Source: Octopus sinensis (Eukaryota). Taken from it: a stretch of DNA of 64,000 nt. The notes under the pieces were generated by a model. That model was not told where the DNA came from and searched no databases. It saw only the letters and a list, made by a program, of their open reading frames with translations. Both the position numbers and the translations under genes were made by a program. The stretch lies in the NCBI RefSeq assembly GCF_006345805.1, contig NC_043002.1, positions 41,354,001-41,418,000 of the forward strand. The letters run 5' to 3'. Positions within the stretch are counted from its first letter, which is position 1; every line of letters begins with the position of its first letter. Positions 11,755 to 24,220 of the stretch are shown in pieces.

Positions 11755-11794
<40 letters not shown>

Positions 11795-11800
11795 CGTGTG

Positions 11801-11890
<90 letters not shown>
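11440..11890. repeat. Long (TA)n/(TACA)n/(TG)n compound microsatellite
   Basis: Direct reading; explains the ORFs at 11367-12234. Confidence 0.95.
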
Positions 11891-11894
<4 letters not shown>

Positions 11895-12689
11895 TCCTTT
11901 TTTTTATAATGGATACAAGTTTCAGGTACCGGATGATTTCCATACACTTTCGACCTCTTTTTACTGATTTCATCAGAGAGAGTGTGTGTGTGTGTATGAA
12001 GGTGTGGTATATGTGTGTAGGTGTGTCTGTGCGTGCGTGCGTGTTATATAGTCGTTCTCTATTACTTCCGACTACCTTATTAATATCCGTACTACTGTGA
12101 AGGAGAATTTTCAACCGGAAATAAGCATCTGATTGATAAAGGGGTTTTTTTGTTGTTTTTTTTATTTTTGAGCAAAAGATAAAAAAAAATAACATAATAG
12201 CAATAAAATAAAGGGACAAAAAGTAACGACTCATTCATACACAAACACACACAGAAATATACGCGCGCGAACAGATTGTCTGTCTCTATGTATGCACATA
12301 TGTGCGGGAGTGGTACACCGAACATGTAAATGTGAGTGTGATTACAGTTGTGTGTGTGTGTGTGTTTATAAGCACAGCCATTTGTGTGCCTTTTTATATA
12401 CAGCCGTGTATGTATATCGATATGAATGTTAGTGTATACGCATATTCATGTATGCGATTATGCTTGTATTAAATATGTTTATTCATATTCTCGTGTTATA
12501 GGATCGGGTTTATAAATACGATTGCTTTTAAGTGATCACCGAAGCGAAATACGTCTCTTTTTTTTTTTTTTTTTTTTCCTTTGGTGCTGATAGCAAAGAC
12601 ATAAGGATCGCTTCCCACACACAGCTGTAATTACAGTTAGTTATTTAGTTTCTTTTTTAATTTTTTTTTTAATATCTATTGACGGGGAT

Positions 12690-14400
12690 AAACGTTGAAT
12701 GCCATAGAATCATTCTACTGAATCATGGGACGAGGTTTACATGTCTGTAACATATTTCGCATCACCATAAGCGAGGAAGTTTCTCTAAGAACCAACACTT
12801 TCGTCATAGCTCATAACCGTATCCAGTGAAATAAATTTATCAACACGCATCTGGAAGAGTATTATGAAAATGAGCTGACTCATAATTTCCAAAGCAACAT
12901 ATGGGAATAAAGAGTCGAATTTATTACACTGTGGTATTGACATCATCCTATTAAATACTTAGGCTCCAAAGAAAAGCTGTAACCTTTAAGCTGTACCCGA
13001 CATTCAGAATCTATCCATCTCATTTTGCCGAGGCACGCATGCCACGACTCTGAGGAGTTACAACATTGTATAAACGCTTTCTTTTGACAAGGAACAATTG
13101 CTACACTTATCAAGGAAATATCTTTGTAATGTGCCCTTCCTGGTTAATATGCAGTTTACTCTCATAAAAAGTGAAAGAAAATTGTCGTAAAAAAATGAAA
13201 GTAAATTGCGATAGAAACCAGCAGTGATGAGAGTAAGATACCATAAAACACGTTTGATATCCTATGAATGGGATTCCTATGAATGAATATCTTAGCGTTT
13301 TCTCATGGCTCATCTCTGGATGAAGCAAAGACTAAGAATGGGCACCTGGTAAATTCAATGCGTACATTGCTTCCATCATCTACTGCCGCCTAACCGTCAT
13401 TCCTTGCCTTGCTTCTTGGAAGATCAAACCTCCGTTTTCAGTGTTCCGTTCGTGAGGTCTATCTGCTTTCAGCAGCTGTGAAGTGGAGGACTGGGCATAC
13501 CATAGCTAATGAGGCTGCGATGTCTCCAGCGTTATCTTAACGGTAAGCAAGTGTTGTCGGCCTTTGTCAGACATGATTTTCCGCAGCTCGTCCTGAATTA
13601 AGCGTAGGCCAAGAAAAGACGCTTGGTACCTGGAATGTCGGCATGCGATCACAGCTTTCTGCTAGTCGGGAAATACGGGTGGTGGAAATTCCACATTGGA
13701 GTTCTAAAGGGGATTAGTGGCGGGCAAGAGCAACGATGTCCTCGGAGAAACTCTGGGCGTTGAGAGGGATCAGTTAGCTGGTCTTTTCCGGAGGACTTTT
13801 AGGTCAGGGCCTATGGATAATTTTCAGAAATTCCTGCCCTGACAATGTTACCGGGGAACTTTGCCGGTTCACAGAAGTGCTATCCAAGATGTACGCAGGG
13901 CGATGAAACCGTTCTGCATGCACTTGTCCAGAGTTCACGCATTGCTGATTGGTGAAACTCTGTCGAACAGCAGTTGACGCGTGTAGGACGGGTCCATTTA
14001 TCAGCCGAGTCCATCAGGAGTTATACTCCGCCTCTTTCTTTTGGCCCGGAAAGGAAGGCAGTTTCTCTATCTTGTGGCTATGGCGAAAGAGTTAGTGTAG
14101 TGGACGAGGTTGAAAGGATCGAAGACAGATACTTTCCTTTTCGACTTTTTCGAGTTCCACTCGAAAACGAGAGTGAAGATGAAGAGAGAAGTGCTGCCCC
14201 CTGGTATTTTTGTCGAAAGGTAGGTGAATATGACGAGAACGACCCGTGTGAATGGGACTACTCTGAACACACACTTGTAAACAGAGGGGTTGAGAAGAGC
14301 GAAGTACCTACTGAGGTGGTCAGGGTGACCAGGATATGTGTGGAACCTTGGTTGATCCTCGGTGGAACTCCCTTTTTCCAGGAATCTTATTGTTGATTTT
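12690..14400 (-). pseudogene. Heavily decayed Penelope-like retroelement ORF (N-terminus to start of RT)
   Basis: Minus-strand fragments GFIALRTSWI..HCQGRNF, QKAVIACRHSRYQASFLGLRLIQDELRKI and LDTVMSYD resemble the PLE N-terminal region and RT motif; many stops. Confidence 0.35.
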
Positions 14401-14531
14401 TTGTTGTTAATTGTTCTTGTTTTATTGTATGCACGTATTTTGTGCTAAGCCTCATTTATCCCTTATTTTCTAGTGTCCCTTTTTGTGTGTGTTCGGCCCT
14501 AGTGGTCAATACAAAATCATCATCATCATCA

Positions 14532-14570
<39 letters not shown>

Positions 14571-14571
<1 letters not shown>

Positions 14572-14960
14572 GATGGCGAGCTGGCAAAATACGACGGGTA
14601 AAATACTTAGCGGTATTTCGTCTGCCGCTACGTTCTGAGTTCAAATTCCGCCGAGGTCGACTTTGCCTTTCATCCTTTCGGGGTCGATTAAATAAGTACA
14701 AGTTACGCACTGGGGTCGATATAATCGATTTAATCCGTTTGTCTGTCCTTGTTTGTCCTCTCTGTGTTTAGCCCCTTGTGGGTAGTAAAGAAATAGGTAT
14801 TTCGTCTGCCGCTACATTCTGAGTTCAAATTCCACTGAGGTCGACTTTGCCTTTCATCCTTTCGGGGTCGATAAATTAAGTACCATTTACGCACTGGGCC
14901 GATGTAATTGACAAAGCCCCCTCCCACTAAATTTCAGGCGTTGTGCCTATAGCAAAAAGG
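14571..14960 (+). mobile_element. SINE family A with internal tail-to-head duplication
   Basis: Head at 14571, tail ..GTAAAGAAATAGG joined directly to TATTTCGTCTGCCG at ~14795. Confidence 0.85.
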
Positions 14961-15539
14961 GTTGTTATTATTATTATCATCATTATTATTATTATGTTCA
15001 ATTTATACTCCCAGTGTTTTTTTGTTTGTTTGTTTTTTACTTTATTTTTCCCAGTCTTTCTCTGTTTGTTCAGTTCGGAATTAATTTTGTCAATTCTAAT
15101 TACTGTCTGTTATGTAACACTTAAATCATGTTAGCACTTCAGTGAAAACTTCAAGAGATGAAGCAACTCCGTAACGACTTTCAGTAGGTAAAATTTACCA
15201 GTCAAATTTTGAAGCCGGCTTCATACACTTATGAAAACACTTGTCAATTATAAAGATTTTTATAAGCACTATCAAGATAACGGAAGCAGCTAAGTACTGA
15301 ACGTTAGGTTATATTTATTCCTCTCCATTGCGAGTTCAAAACTTGCCAGATTTGATTATATCTTTTATCCTGCTGGGGTCGATAAAATAAGTGTTTAATA
15401 GACGCAGGTGCGGCTGTGTGGTAAGAAGCTTGCTTCCCGCACATACGTCGGTCTATTTGCTGAGTTGATTTTTGACGAGTTGGACGGAATTTTTTGTGCT
15501 GCTTGGCAGCGGTTTATCGGTGAGTGTTGTACCGGTAGA

Positions 15540-16215
15540 AAGGAATGTTTTCGGACCTTAGCGAGTATGAGCTGTCCTCAGTGGAGGAGGAGCTCGTTAA
15601 GGCGGTAAATAGAATGGACGAGCATTTAGAATGAGTAAAGAGTTTTGCTGATGCTGCAGAGGTGAAGAACAGGGAGGTGGACCTAGCCGGACTGAAGGAG
15701 CTGAGTAAGATGACACAGAAGGTGGGCGGTCACGTAAAGTTATTACCCCCGAAAAGGGTTATGGAAACTATGGAAAAGAAGACCATTGAGTACAAGGTGT
15801 ACTCAGTGGAGAGTAGGAAGGTGGAGCGGATGGAGATGGAAAAAGGTAGAAAAAGCATTGAAGGGACTTTCGAAGGAAGTGACGTACATAACGAAAGAAA
15901 ATGGATATGGGACGGTGATTGTCCAGTTTAGGACAGCGGAGGAGGCAAAGGGGCTGGCGAATGCAACTGTAAAAACGGTGGAAGTGGTACTTCTACCCAT
16001 GTACCTTGGAAGAAAGACTTCTAAGGTGAGGGTAGAAGGAATTCCACACGATACAGAAGTGGCTTGGGTTGCGACAGCCGTCCTCGTTGGAAGTGAGGCG
16101 GAGGTGGCTGTCCTCCAAGCTACGGAAACGGAGGACGGAGGATGGAGAGGAAAAACACTAGACCTCATTATACAGGCAGATGAGGGGCATTTGGAGAGTT
16201 TGGCTGAAACAAGTA
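15540..16215 (+). pseudogene. LINE ORF1-like (Tx1/L1-type, RRM-like) coding fragment
   Basis: ORFs 15662-15931 and 15786-16373 join through a frameshift in an A-run near 15840 into a protein-like sequence (..KENGYGTVIVQFRTAEEAKGLA..LLPMYLGRKTSKVRVEGIP..); purine-rich LINE-like composition. Confidence 0.6.
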
Positions 16216-16369
16216 GGGAGGCTGGTATGCATGGGCGACAGCTTGTCTTCCATAAACAACCTAGGATGTTTGTGTGTACTATTCTAACGCATTATTTTAA
16301 AGTTTTAAAAAATGTATACCAGTCACGTATTGAGATCAAGTGTTATAACTTAACCTCTTGCCCACCACA

Positions 16370-16690
16370 TTAAATTTCAGGTCTTGTGTCTGGCTTAGAA
16401 ACAATTAGGAGTAGGAATGAGGCAGATTCGGGGGAGGAGGGGAAGATTCGGTGGAGGAGATGCAGATTCGGGGGAGGAGGGGCAAATTCGGGGGAGGAGG
16501 GGCTGATTCGGGGGAGGAGGGTAAGTCGATTATATTGACTTCATTACTTAAGGGGTACATATTTTATCGATCCCGAAAGGATGAAAAGGCAAAGTCGATC
16601 TCGGCGGAATTTGAACTCAGAACGCTAAGACGGACGAAATTACGATGAGCATTTTGTCCGGTATTGTTAACGATTCTGCCAGCTCACCAA
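16370..16690 (-). mobile_element. SINE family A with G-rich minisatellite in its 3' part
   Basis: Core rc at 16560-16690; about five ~20-bp GATTCGGGGGAGGAGGG units at 16421-16525. Confidence 0.8.
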
Positions 16691-17109
16691 CTCTTCACCG
16701 TGTATTTTGTAACAGACACGGTGCCACAGATTTGGAGGAGGGGGTTACTCAATTAAATTGACCATTTTTTTTATGGGGAAACATTATCCTATGTGTATCG
16801 GTAGAATGAAAGGCAAAGTCAACCTCGGAAGTATTTGAAGTCAACGTTAAAAGCCTTAACTAAATACTACAAGACATTTTGTTCGACGCTCATGCGATTT
16901 TGCCAATCTTCTAACCACTAGCATAGCAAGAGGGGGCAGTCCACCCCGGACGGCTCTTTTATGGGGGCGGCACCACTTTTGGGTCTGCTGTAGGCAATAT
17001 GCATTTTTTGTGGGGGTCCCGGGAACGGCAAAGTGAAGGGCAGTACACACTCTAGCTATGCTGGTACCTCCACCCTTGATGAAAATAAAAATAATTATTA
17101 TTATTTCAA

Positions 17110-17573
17110 CTATAGGCCCAAGGCCTGAAATTTGGGGGGAGGAGGAGGGAGTTAATCGATCATCGACCTCGAAGTTCGACTAGTACTTATTTTATCGACC
17201 TCGGCAGAATTTGAACTCAGAACATAAAGCTAGAAGAAATGCCCCCATTTTATCCAACGCTCTGACGACTTTGCCAGTTCGCTGCTTTAATGTGATAATG
17301 GTTTCAAATTTTGGCGTGTGACCAGTAATTTTAGGGGTAGGAACTATGCTCATTGCTCAGCTGGTACATATTCATCGACACCGAAAGGATGAAAGACAGA
17401 GTTAATCTCAGTGGCATTTGAACGTAAAGCTGAAACAAATTCCGCTAAGCATTTTGTTCGGCGCTCTAATGATTGTGCTTTCTCTCGATTCAAATTTAGG
17501 CACATGACCAGCAATTTCGCGGAGAGTAAGTCGTTTACATCGACTCCAGTGTTCAACTAGCACTTATTTTATC
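17110..17573 (-). mobile_element. Clustered decayed SINE family A copies; the last is split by the foldback element and resumes at 18391-18520
   Basis: Repeated rc core motifs; the sequence continues in register after 18398. Confidence 0.7.
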
Positions 17574-18390
17574 GAATCTTTACCTTTTGACCGGCAGATT
17601 TAGAAAATAATATTTTGTAACTAAACACTTTCAAACTTCGTATACTGGTAGAATGTGTCATATAAAATATATTTTACTCTTAGCGTTTTTGAGAAAAGTT
17701 TATATTTACGAAGTTATTTCGTTTTAAAGTTGTATTTCGGTAATTTCCACCAATCAATGACATGTATTCAGCTGAATAAAATTACTGCTGTTGTTTGTCA
17801 ACAACAACTTCCGGCGGTGTATATTTCGTTTGTCACTGTTATTTATGATATATTTCATCTCATTTACGTTTGTATGAATAAACAAGTGTATCTGAAGCAT
17901 GTTTACTTCATGGCACCACCATAATCGTCCGTGCTTCATTCTTCATTTTTTTCCGTAACTCTAACCCTAAAACCCCAACCTTAACTCTAACTCTAAAACC
18001 TTAACCTAAACCCTAACCCTTAAACCCTAACCCTAACTCTAAAACCCTAACCCTAAAACCCTAATCCTAACCCTAAAACCTTAAAGCTAAAATCAGTACA
18101 AACGCACGAACGATGTCATAAATAACAGTAACAAACGAAATATACACCGCCGGAAGTTGTTGTTGACAAACAACGGCAGTAATTTTATTCAGCTAATACA
18201 CGTCATTGATTGGTTGAAATTACCGAAATACAACTTTAAAATGAAATAACTTCGTAAATATAAACTTTTCTCAAAAACTCTAAGAGTAAAAGATATTTTA
18301 TATGACACATTCTATCAGTATACGAAGTTTGAAAGTGTTTAGTTACAAAAAATTATTTTCTAAATCTACTGGTCAAAAGGTAAAAGATCC
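17574..18390. mobile_element. Foldback DNA transposon with ~275-bp inverted arms, central telomere-like array and 8-bp TSD
   Basis: Arms 17574-17850 and 18112-18390 are reverse complements; TSD ATTTTATC at 17566-17573 and 18391-18398; degenerate CCCTAA/CCCTAAAA array 17956-18091. Confidence 0.9.
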
Positions 18391-18560
18391 ATTTTATCAA
18401 ACTGGAAAAGATGAAAAGCAAAATTGACCCTGGCGACAATTGAGCTCAGACCATATAGACGGAAGAAATACCGCTAAGCATTTTGCCTGGCGCTGTTACG
18501 TTTCTTCTAGGTCTCCACCATCACCGACTAATAACGATGATAAACTAGTCTAGTCAAATA

Positions 18561-18710
18561 CAGGTGCGGTCCCAGGAAGGAAAGGCACAAGGTCAAAAGA
18601 AAATGCAATTCCAGGAGAAAGGAGAATAATAACATTATTTAGAAGGGCGCACTTCTTTTCCTGAGTGGAGCACGTGCCCCCTCGTCCCCCACCCCTTGGG
18701 TCCGCCCCTG
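18561..18710. mobile_element. hAT-like MITE
   Basis: Imperfect TIRs CAGG(T/G)GCGG(T/A)CCCA; no clean TSD. Confidence 0.4.
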
Positions 18711-19952
18711 TAATAGATATGCAGTTTCAAGTTCAGGTTGAGGGTGATTCTGTTGAATGATACTAATAAAGTTCTTGGGGGGAAAAAAAGTTAAAAAGAA
18801 AAATACTGACAATTTTCAGCTAAACTGAAAGACGACAGAAAGAAAATGAAAAGGAATCAAAAGAAAATCTAACATGAAAAACAAAATGTTTACGACAAAA
18901 ATATCCTCGACTAGACGCCTGTTATAAGTACTCAACAACCTCAAAACTATGAGAATATTTTTGACCTAAACAAGCATGACTCACAACGATTCGGATATAA
19001 AATGTTTTTAATTGTCGCCGTTTGCTATTTTCTGATTGTTAAAATAGTAAATATTTTTTTTATAAGATTCCAGTCTCACAGTTATAGCTTGAATCATTAA
19101 TGCTTATGCCATCTAATGTGGTCTGTCTGTCTATCTGCGTGCGTGTGTATGATATATATATATATATAATCTAAAATAACAGTTTTATTTTTAATATATC
19201 TATTACCAGGTAACAGAACTTTAGTGCAAACCACGCTATAATTCTTTTAAAAATTACATAAGGCCACTTAAGTACTCACTGACTTTTCGCTTTTTATGTT
19301 GTTACGTAAGAAAGATATGTCTTTCTTTTGATTATATCATATATAATTATCATAAATCATTAACTGCAAAAAACTATTCGTAGATAAGCCCAGGTAAAAG
19401 CTGTAAATAACACACGACTGTATTGTTAATTGTGTTGATATAAATTTGTAATGTTTACTTGGTTAGGGATTAGAGACCTAGTGTACTTTTATAATTAGGG
19501 ATCTTTCAGTTAAACATATTTCTGTTTTGTTATATAAGGACTGGATTATGTAATTCCAAGTTTTTAAGAGTTTTTTTTTTTTTAATGGATTTCATAATGT
19601 ATCTCATAGAATTAATTAACTTTTGAGAAATTTATAAATAGGATTTTGAAAAACTGTTATTTGAGATCGTAAAAATATAATGACTAAGTGTTGTAAAATA
19701 ATTGTCAAAGCTTTAATTAGTGAGTGAGCGTTGAAGATAACCATAACTAAAGTGGTTATTATTCAAAGTAATTCAATTCTTTAGCTTTAGAAAATTATAT
19801 TCTTTACGGAGATGATTAGTGTTAGCTTTAAATTCCGAACATGAGATAACTCTTAAATTTTGTAGATATTCAATTTTCTTAAGCATGTAATTATTATTAA
19901 TAGCCACGATGGGACTTCTATAACGTAAGTTGAAATTGAAAATTGCATGAAT

Positions 19953-20013
<61 letters not shown>

Positions 20014-20058
20014 CATTTTATATAATATTTTTTGAACTTAATGTCTTATTTTTGACAG

Positions 20059-20097
20059 CATGAAGTTATCTCGGATTAATTTTGCAATAATTCTTGT
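20059..20097 (+). CDS. Candidate first coding exon, signal-peptide-like MKLSRINFAIILV
   Basis: Acceptor TCTTATTTTTGACAG, ATG at 20060, donor GTGAGT at 20098; lies at the start of the CpG-depleted domain; no homology evidence. Confidence 0.25.
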
Positions 20098-20788
20098 GTG
20101 AGTAATGTTTGAGAGGTACATTATCACGTTAAATTCCCAGATATTTTGTATTCTTTAATGTTGAAAACTTTTATAATTATGTGTTATAATCAAATGCATC
20201 TAATAATCCCTTCCTCCTCCTCTTTCTTTCTCCTAAAATGAAACTAAAACCTAGCAAACCATAGAATACGTATTCTGATAACCAATATAATATACAAGCA
20301 TAGTTCATTCTTGGGTCCTAGAATTCTTCAGGCCAGTTACCTGGCTCTCATGGCATATAAGTAATCAAAATTGGTCCATTGCAGAGTTACTCTAATTTAC
20401 TGCTGAGTGGATTGGAGCAATATGAAATGAAATGTTTTGCTCAAGAACACAACACACTGCCCACTCTGAGAATTGAAACCACAATGTAGTGATTGTGAAT
20501 GCAATATCCTATATACTAGGTCACATTCTTTCACAATGTAATATCTAAACTCCAATATAAACTTGAAAGTTGTAAACTTCATGACTCAGACTGTTACATC
20601 AGACACACAAGTACAATATTCCATCATTAAAGGACCCGCATTTATAACATGGAGCCATTACAAGTCATAAGAATTCCACAAAAATGAATAACAACTATTG
20701 AAGCTTTACTAATAGACAAACCAAATTCACTTAATACTCGTAAATAAATCACTAGATTGTTGTATAATTTTTTAATCTGTAAAGTATT

Positions 20789-20910
20789 TTCATCATCATC
20801 ATCGTTTAAAGTCCATTTTCCATGTTGCCATGGGTTGAATGGTTTGACAGGAGCTAACCAGCTGGGGAGCAGTCCAGACTCCAGAGAATTTACATCAATT
20901 GGTTTCATCT
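20789..20910 (-). mobile_element. RTE-type LINE 3' end or derived short copy
   Basis: rc of ..CCCATGGCAACATGGAAAATGGACTTTAAACGATGATGAT, the same tail as 49950-50108. Confidence 0.75.
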
Positions 20911-21779
20911 AACCAATGTCAGCATGGAAAAACAGATGTAAAAGTAATGTTGATAATGATGATGTTGATGATGGCAGAGTGTATTTGACAAAAGTGGTCT
21001 GATTTAGCCAGCTACACATAGGCAATAAGATGAGAGACGCATGGCTTTGAGTGATGAAGGAGGTGAATGGAAAGTAGGTGGGTCAGAAGTGGCATTGTGG
21101 CATTCTCGATGGAAGCAATGTATGGCAAACAGGAGGTATCCACTGCTATCCTCAGTCGTACTGAAATATAATATAGTGAGAATTGAGAAGAAGAAGGGAA
21201 TGACTGAGAGATCAGTAATAACTGTGGGTGAATGGAAGCAGTGCATGTTGCAGAGCAGAGAAGCAACAAAAGCAATGAGAGAATGCAATGTATGGAGAAC
21301 AGAAAACATGTGCATGGGTGAGAGAGAGAGAGAAAGAGTAATGTGTAGCAAACCGAACAGAGGACCACTTATCCTTAGTCATATCAATAGCATACATCCA
21401 GTGTGATTTATAAGGGGCAGGAGTGTGTGAGAGATGAAATAACAGGGGTGGATACAGGAAGCTAGAGCTAGGGAGATAAGAGTAAAGGCAAAAAGGGTAT
21501 GGGTGATAGTGGTATGGGCAATAGACAGATGAATGATAGAGATGTGTGATGCAAGGGACAAGAACCCCCACCCCCCAGAAAGGCAAGTGGTGCGGGGTGT
21601 CAAAGAGGTGAGAGCTTATCAAAAAGGTCATTAGTGTAGACAAGACAGTAAACATACAATCTTGCATACATACAAGCACACAGATACAGACATATGTATG
21701 CTGAATGATAAATGCCTGTATATACATATAACTTTAACCCTTTAGCATTCAGATTATTCTGTCAAATGTAATGCTTCTT

Positions 21780-21950
21780 TATTTACATTTACATTTGACA
21801 GATATTTTGTCCTCATCTTGTTTGTTGTTAACACATTTCAGCTGATGTACCCTCCAGCCTTCATCAGGTGTCTTGGGGAAATTTCGAACCTGGGTTCTCA
21901 TTCCTAAGGTATTTTTCGATGATGTTGTTATTATTATTATTATTATTATC
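21780..21950 (-). mobile_element. Penelope-like pseudo-LTR fragment with hammerhead-like core
   Basis: Minus strand CTGATGA-AGGCTG..CAGCT-GAAA followed by palindrome TGTTAACA. Confidence 0.4.
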
Positions 21951-21959
21951 CATACATGC

Positions 21960-22182
21960 CAGCCTCCTCTTCTCATGTCACGAATGTTATCCAAAGGAAA
22001 GGCAAAGGCCTATACAGCTTGGCACCAGTGACGTCACAACTCACTTCTACAGTTGAGTGAACTGGAGCAACGTGAAATAAAGTGCCTTGCTCAAGAACGC
22101 AACACACAGCCCGGTCTGAGAATCGAACTCACTACCTATTTATTGTAAACCTGATGCTCTAACCACTGAGCCAAGCACCTTC
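21960..22182 (-). mobile_element. SINE family C
   Basis: rc of GAAGGTGCTTGGCTCAGTGGTTAGAGCATCAGG..GTTCGATTC..TTGAGCAAGGCACTTTATTTCAC. Confidence 0.8.
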
Positions 22183-22460
22183 ATGAACAGAAGTGGGAGA
22201 AGGACTGAGACTTGTTGTACATCCACCTTCACATTGGATTCATCACTATACTTATCACTAACATTACCTTGTTGTCTGCTTGCACAGCTCACACAGGCCA
22301 TTTGTCCACTCCAAGCTTCTTCAGTGGCCACTTCATCATGGAATGGGAACCCTATCAAAGGCTTTCTCTAGATCAACAAAAGCTAGGTGTATAAGGTCTT
22401 ATTCTAGATAACTTCCATGATTGTCCACTATGAAGCTGGTATCAGTTGTAGAAATGGCAT
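22183..22460 (-). pseudogene. RTE reverse transcriptase fragment
   Basis: Minus strand LAFVDLEKAFDRVP..KKLGVDKW; homologous to 48706 onward. Confidence 0.75.
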
Positions 22461-22465
22461 CAATG

Positions 22466-22534
<69 letters not shown>

Positions 22535-22670
22535 GTGAGAAAAGGTTGAGTTCTATTTCATCTTTGCTTTGGTGGGTGGTTTCCAAAGTCAGATTTCTAA
22601 TAAAGATTTTTCATATTAAATTGGTAGGTTACTAATTGTAAGTATTTTTCAAATATGAAAATGTTACAAG

Positions 22671-22877
22671 TATAAGGTGTGTTATGAGCATTTATAAAAC
22701 ACATATCCTATAGAAACTCAACAAACAATTAAAGATGGAGAAAAGAAGGTGTTAAAAGTTTTATAAATTTTAATTAAAATTTTATAAAACTTTTAACACC
22801 TTCTCTTCTCCATCTTTAATTGTTTGTTGAGCTTACATAGGATACGTGTTCTATAGATGCTCATAACACACCTTATA
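22671..22877. repeat. Near-perfect 207-bp palindrome (hairpin MITE-like)
   Basis: Arms TATAAGGTGTGTTATGAGC...; centre TTTTAATTAAAA with essentially no loop. Confidence 0.95.
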
Positions 22878-23285
22878 TATATTAAATACAAAAAAGAACA
22901 AACAAAGAACAGAACAATGCAAGGATGTGGTACATGTAATGTATCAGCAGATACTCAGGGAAGGAAAGAAAGATGGTTTAATGTTTCGAGCAGATGCTCT
23001 TCTTCAGAAACAGAGAAAAGTGCAATAGAAGGGAAGATGGAGGAAGAAAATCGCCAACGATTCACATGTGGTTACATTTTGAAATGACCAGAAGGGAATG
23101 GGTGAAGAAAAAGTTCTAAGACAGGAGAGTGTAAGAGAAGGAGGTATGTGTGTGCGTGCAAGTCTCTGTGTGTGCATGTGTATATGTGTGTGTAGGTTTT
23201 TGTATTTGTGTGTGTGAACGAGGGGATGTATGTGGTGGTATATGTGCATTTTTATGCATGAGGTGTGTGCGTGTATACATATATT

Positions 23286-23319
<34 letters not shown>

Positions 23320-24220
23320 TACATACATACATATATCTGAAAGTAATAAAGCAATCTAGATATACTGTGACTTGTAACTTCAAAAGTACCTAACATGACT
23401 AAGGGGGAAATCACTTTCATAGTTATGATTCCATTAATAGTTTGTTATTTTATGTTCAAATCCTGCTGAGCTCAGTTGTGTACTCATACTTCTGTTGTGT
23501 TTACATGGGTGTGTGAGTGGTGGGGGGGCAATAAAATAAGTACCAGTTAATAACTAGGGTCAATTTAATTAATTATGTTCTTCCTTCACCCAAATTTCAG
23601 ACACTGTACCATGGCCGTGTTAGTATTCACAAATTCATTTGTCACTTTTAAAATTCTCTATGAACGACAGTCATCTTCTTCTGGTCTGTAAATCATGAGT
23701 TAACCCTACATTTGAAAACAGTCAGTGAGAACATTGATATTGGATAACAAACCATAAATATTGACTCTTGAACTACTTTATGACCAAATAGTTTTAGAAT
23801 TAAATACTTGACAATTATGCAAATTAGTTGTTAAAATATTAATCAACATTGGGTAGATCGATTTGTATCGAAATGATTATTAATTATATGATTTTAGTTC
23901 ACCTCAAAAGTTAAATGGTTTCTTAAGATTATTATTGATTCCATTTGATTAGACACAGAATCGATATAAATTGATTGATTCGATACCATTATATCACTGA
24001 TATTTGTTATCAATAATGCAGTGAGCTGGCAGAATCATTCACATGCTGAACAAAATACTCTGCTGCATTTCATCTGCCTTTAAGTTTTGGGTTCAGATTC
24101 TGCTGAGGTTGTCAGTCTTTCATTCTTTAGGCATTAATTACCTCACCCCTGGTTGAGCACTGGGGTGGGGTGGAATGTTATCAACTACCCCCACCCACCC
24201 CAAAAAATTTCAGGCCTTGT

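Noticed and set aside
11367-12234. Long ORFs (up to 219 aa)
   Set aside because: (TA)n/(TG)n read-through
13974-14396. 140-aa plus-strand ORF
   Set aside because: No recognisable domain; probably the antisense frame of the Penelope-like relic
21004-21727. Several overlapping ORFs
   Set aside because: Purine-rich decayed retroelement-like DNA; no motif I can assign with confidence
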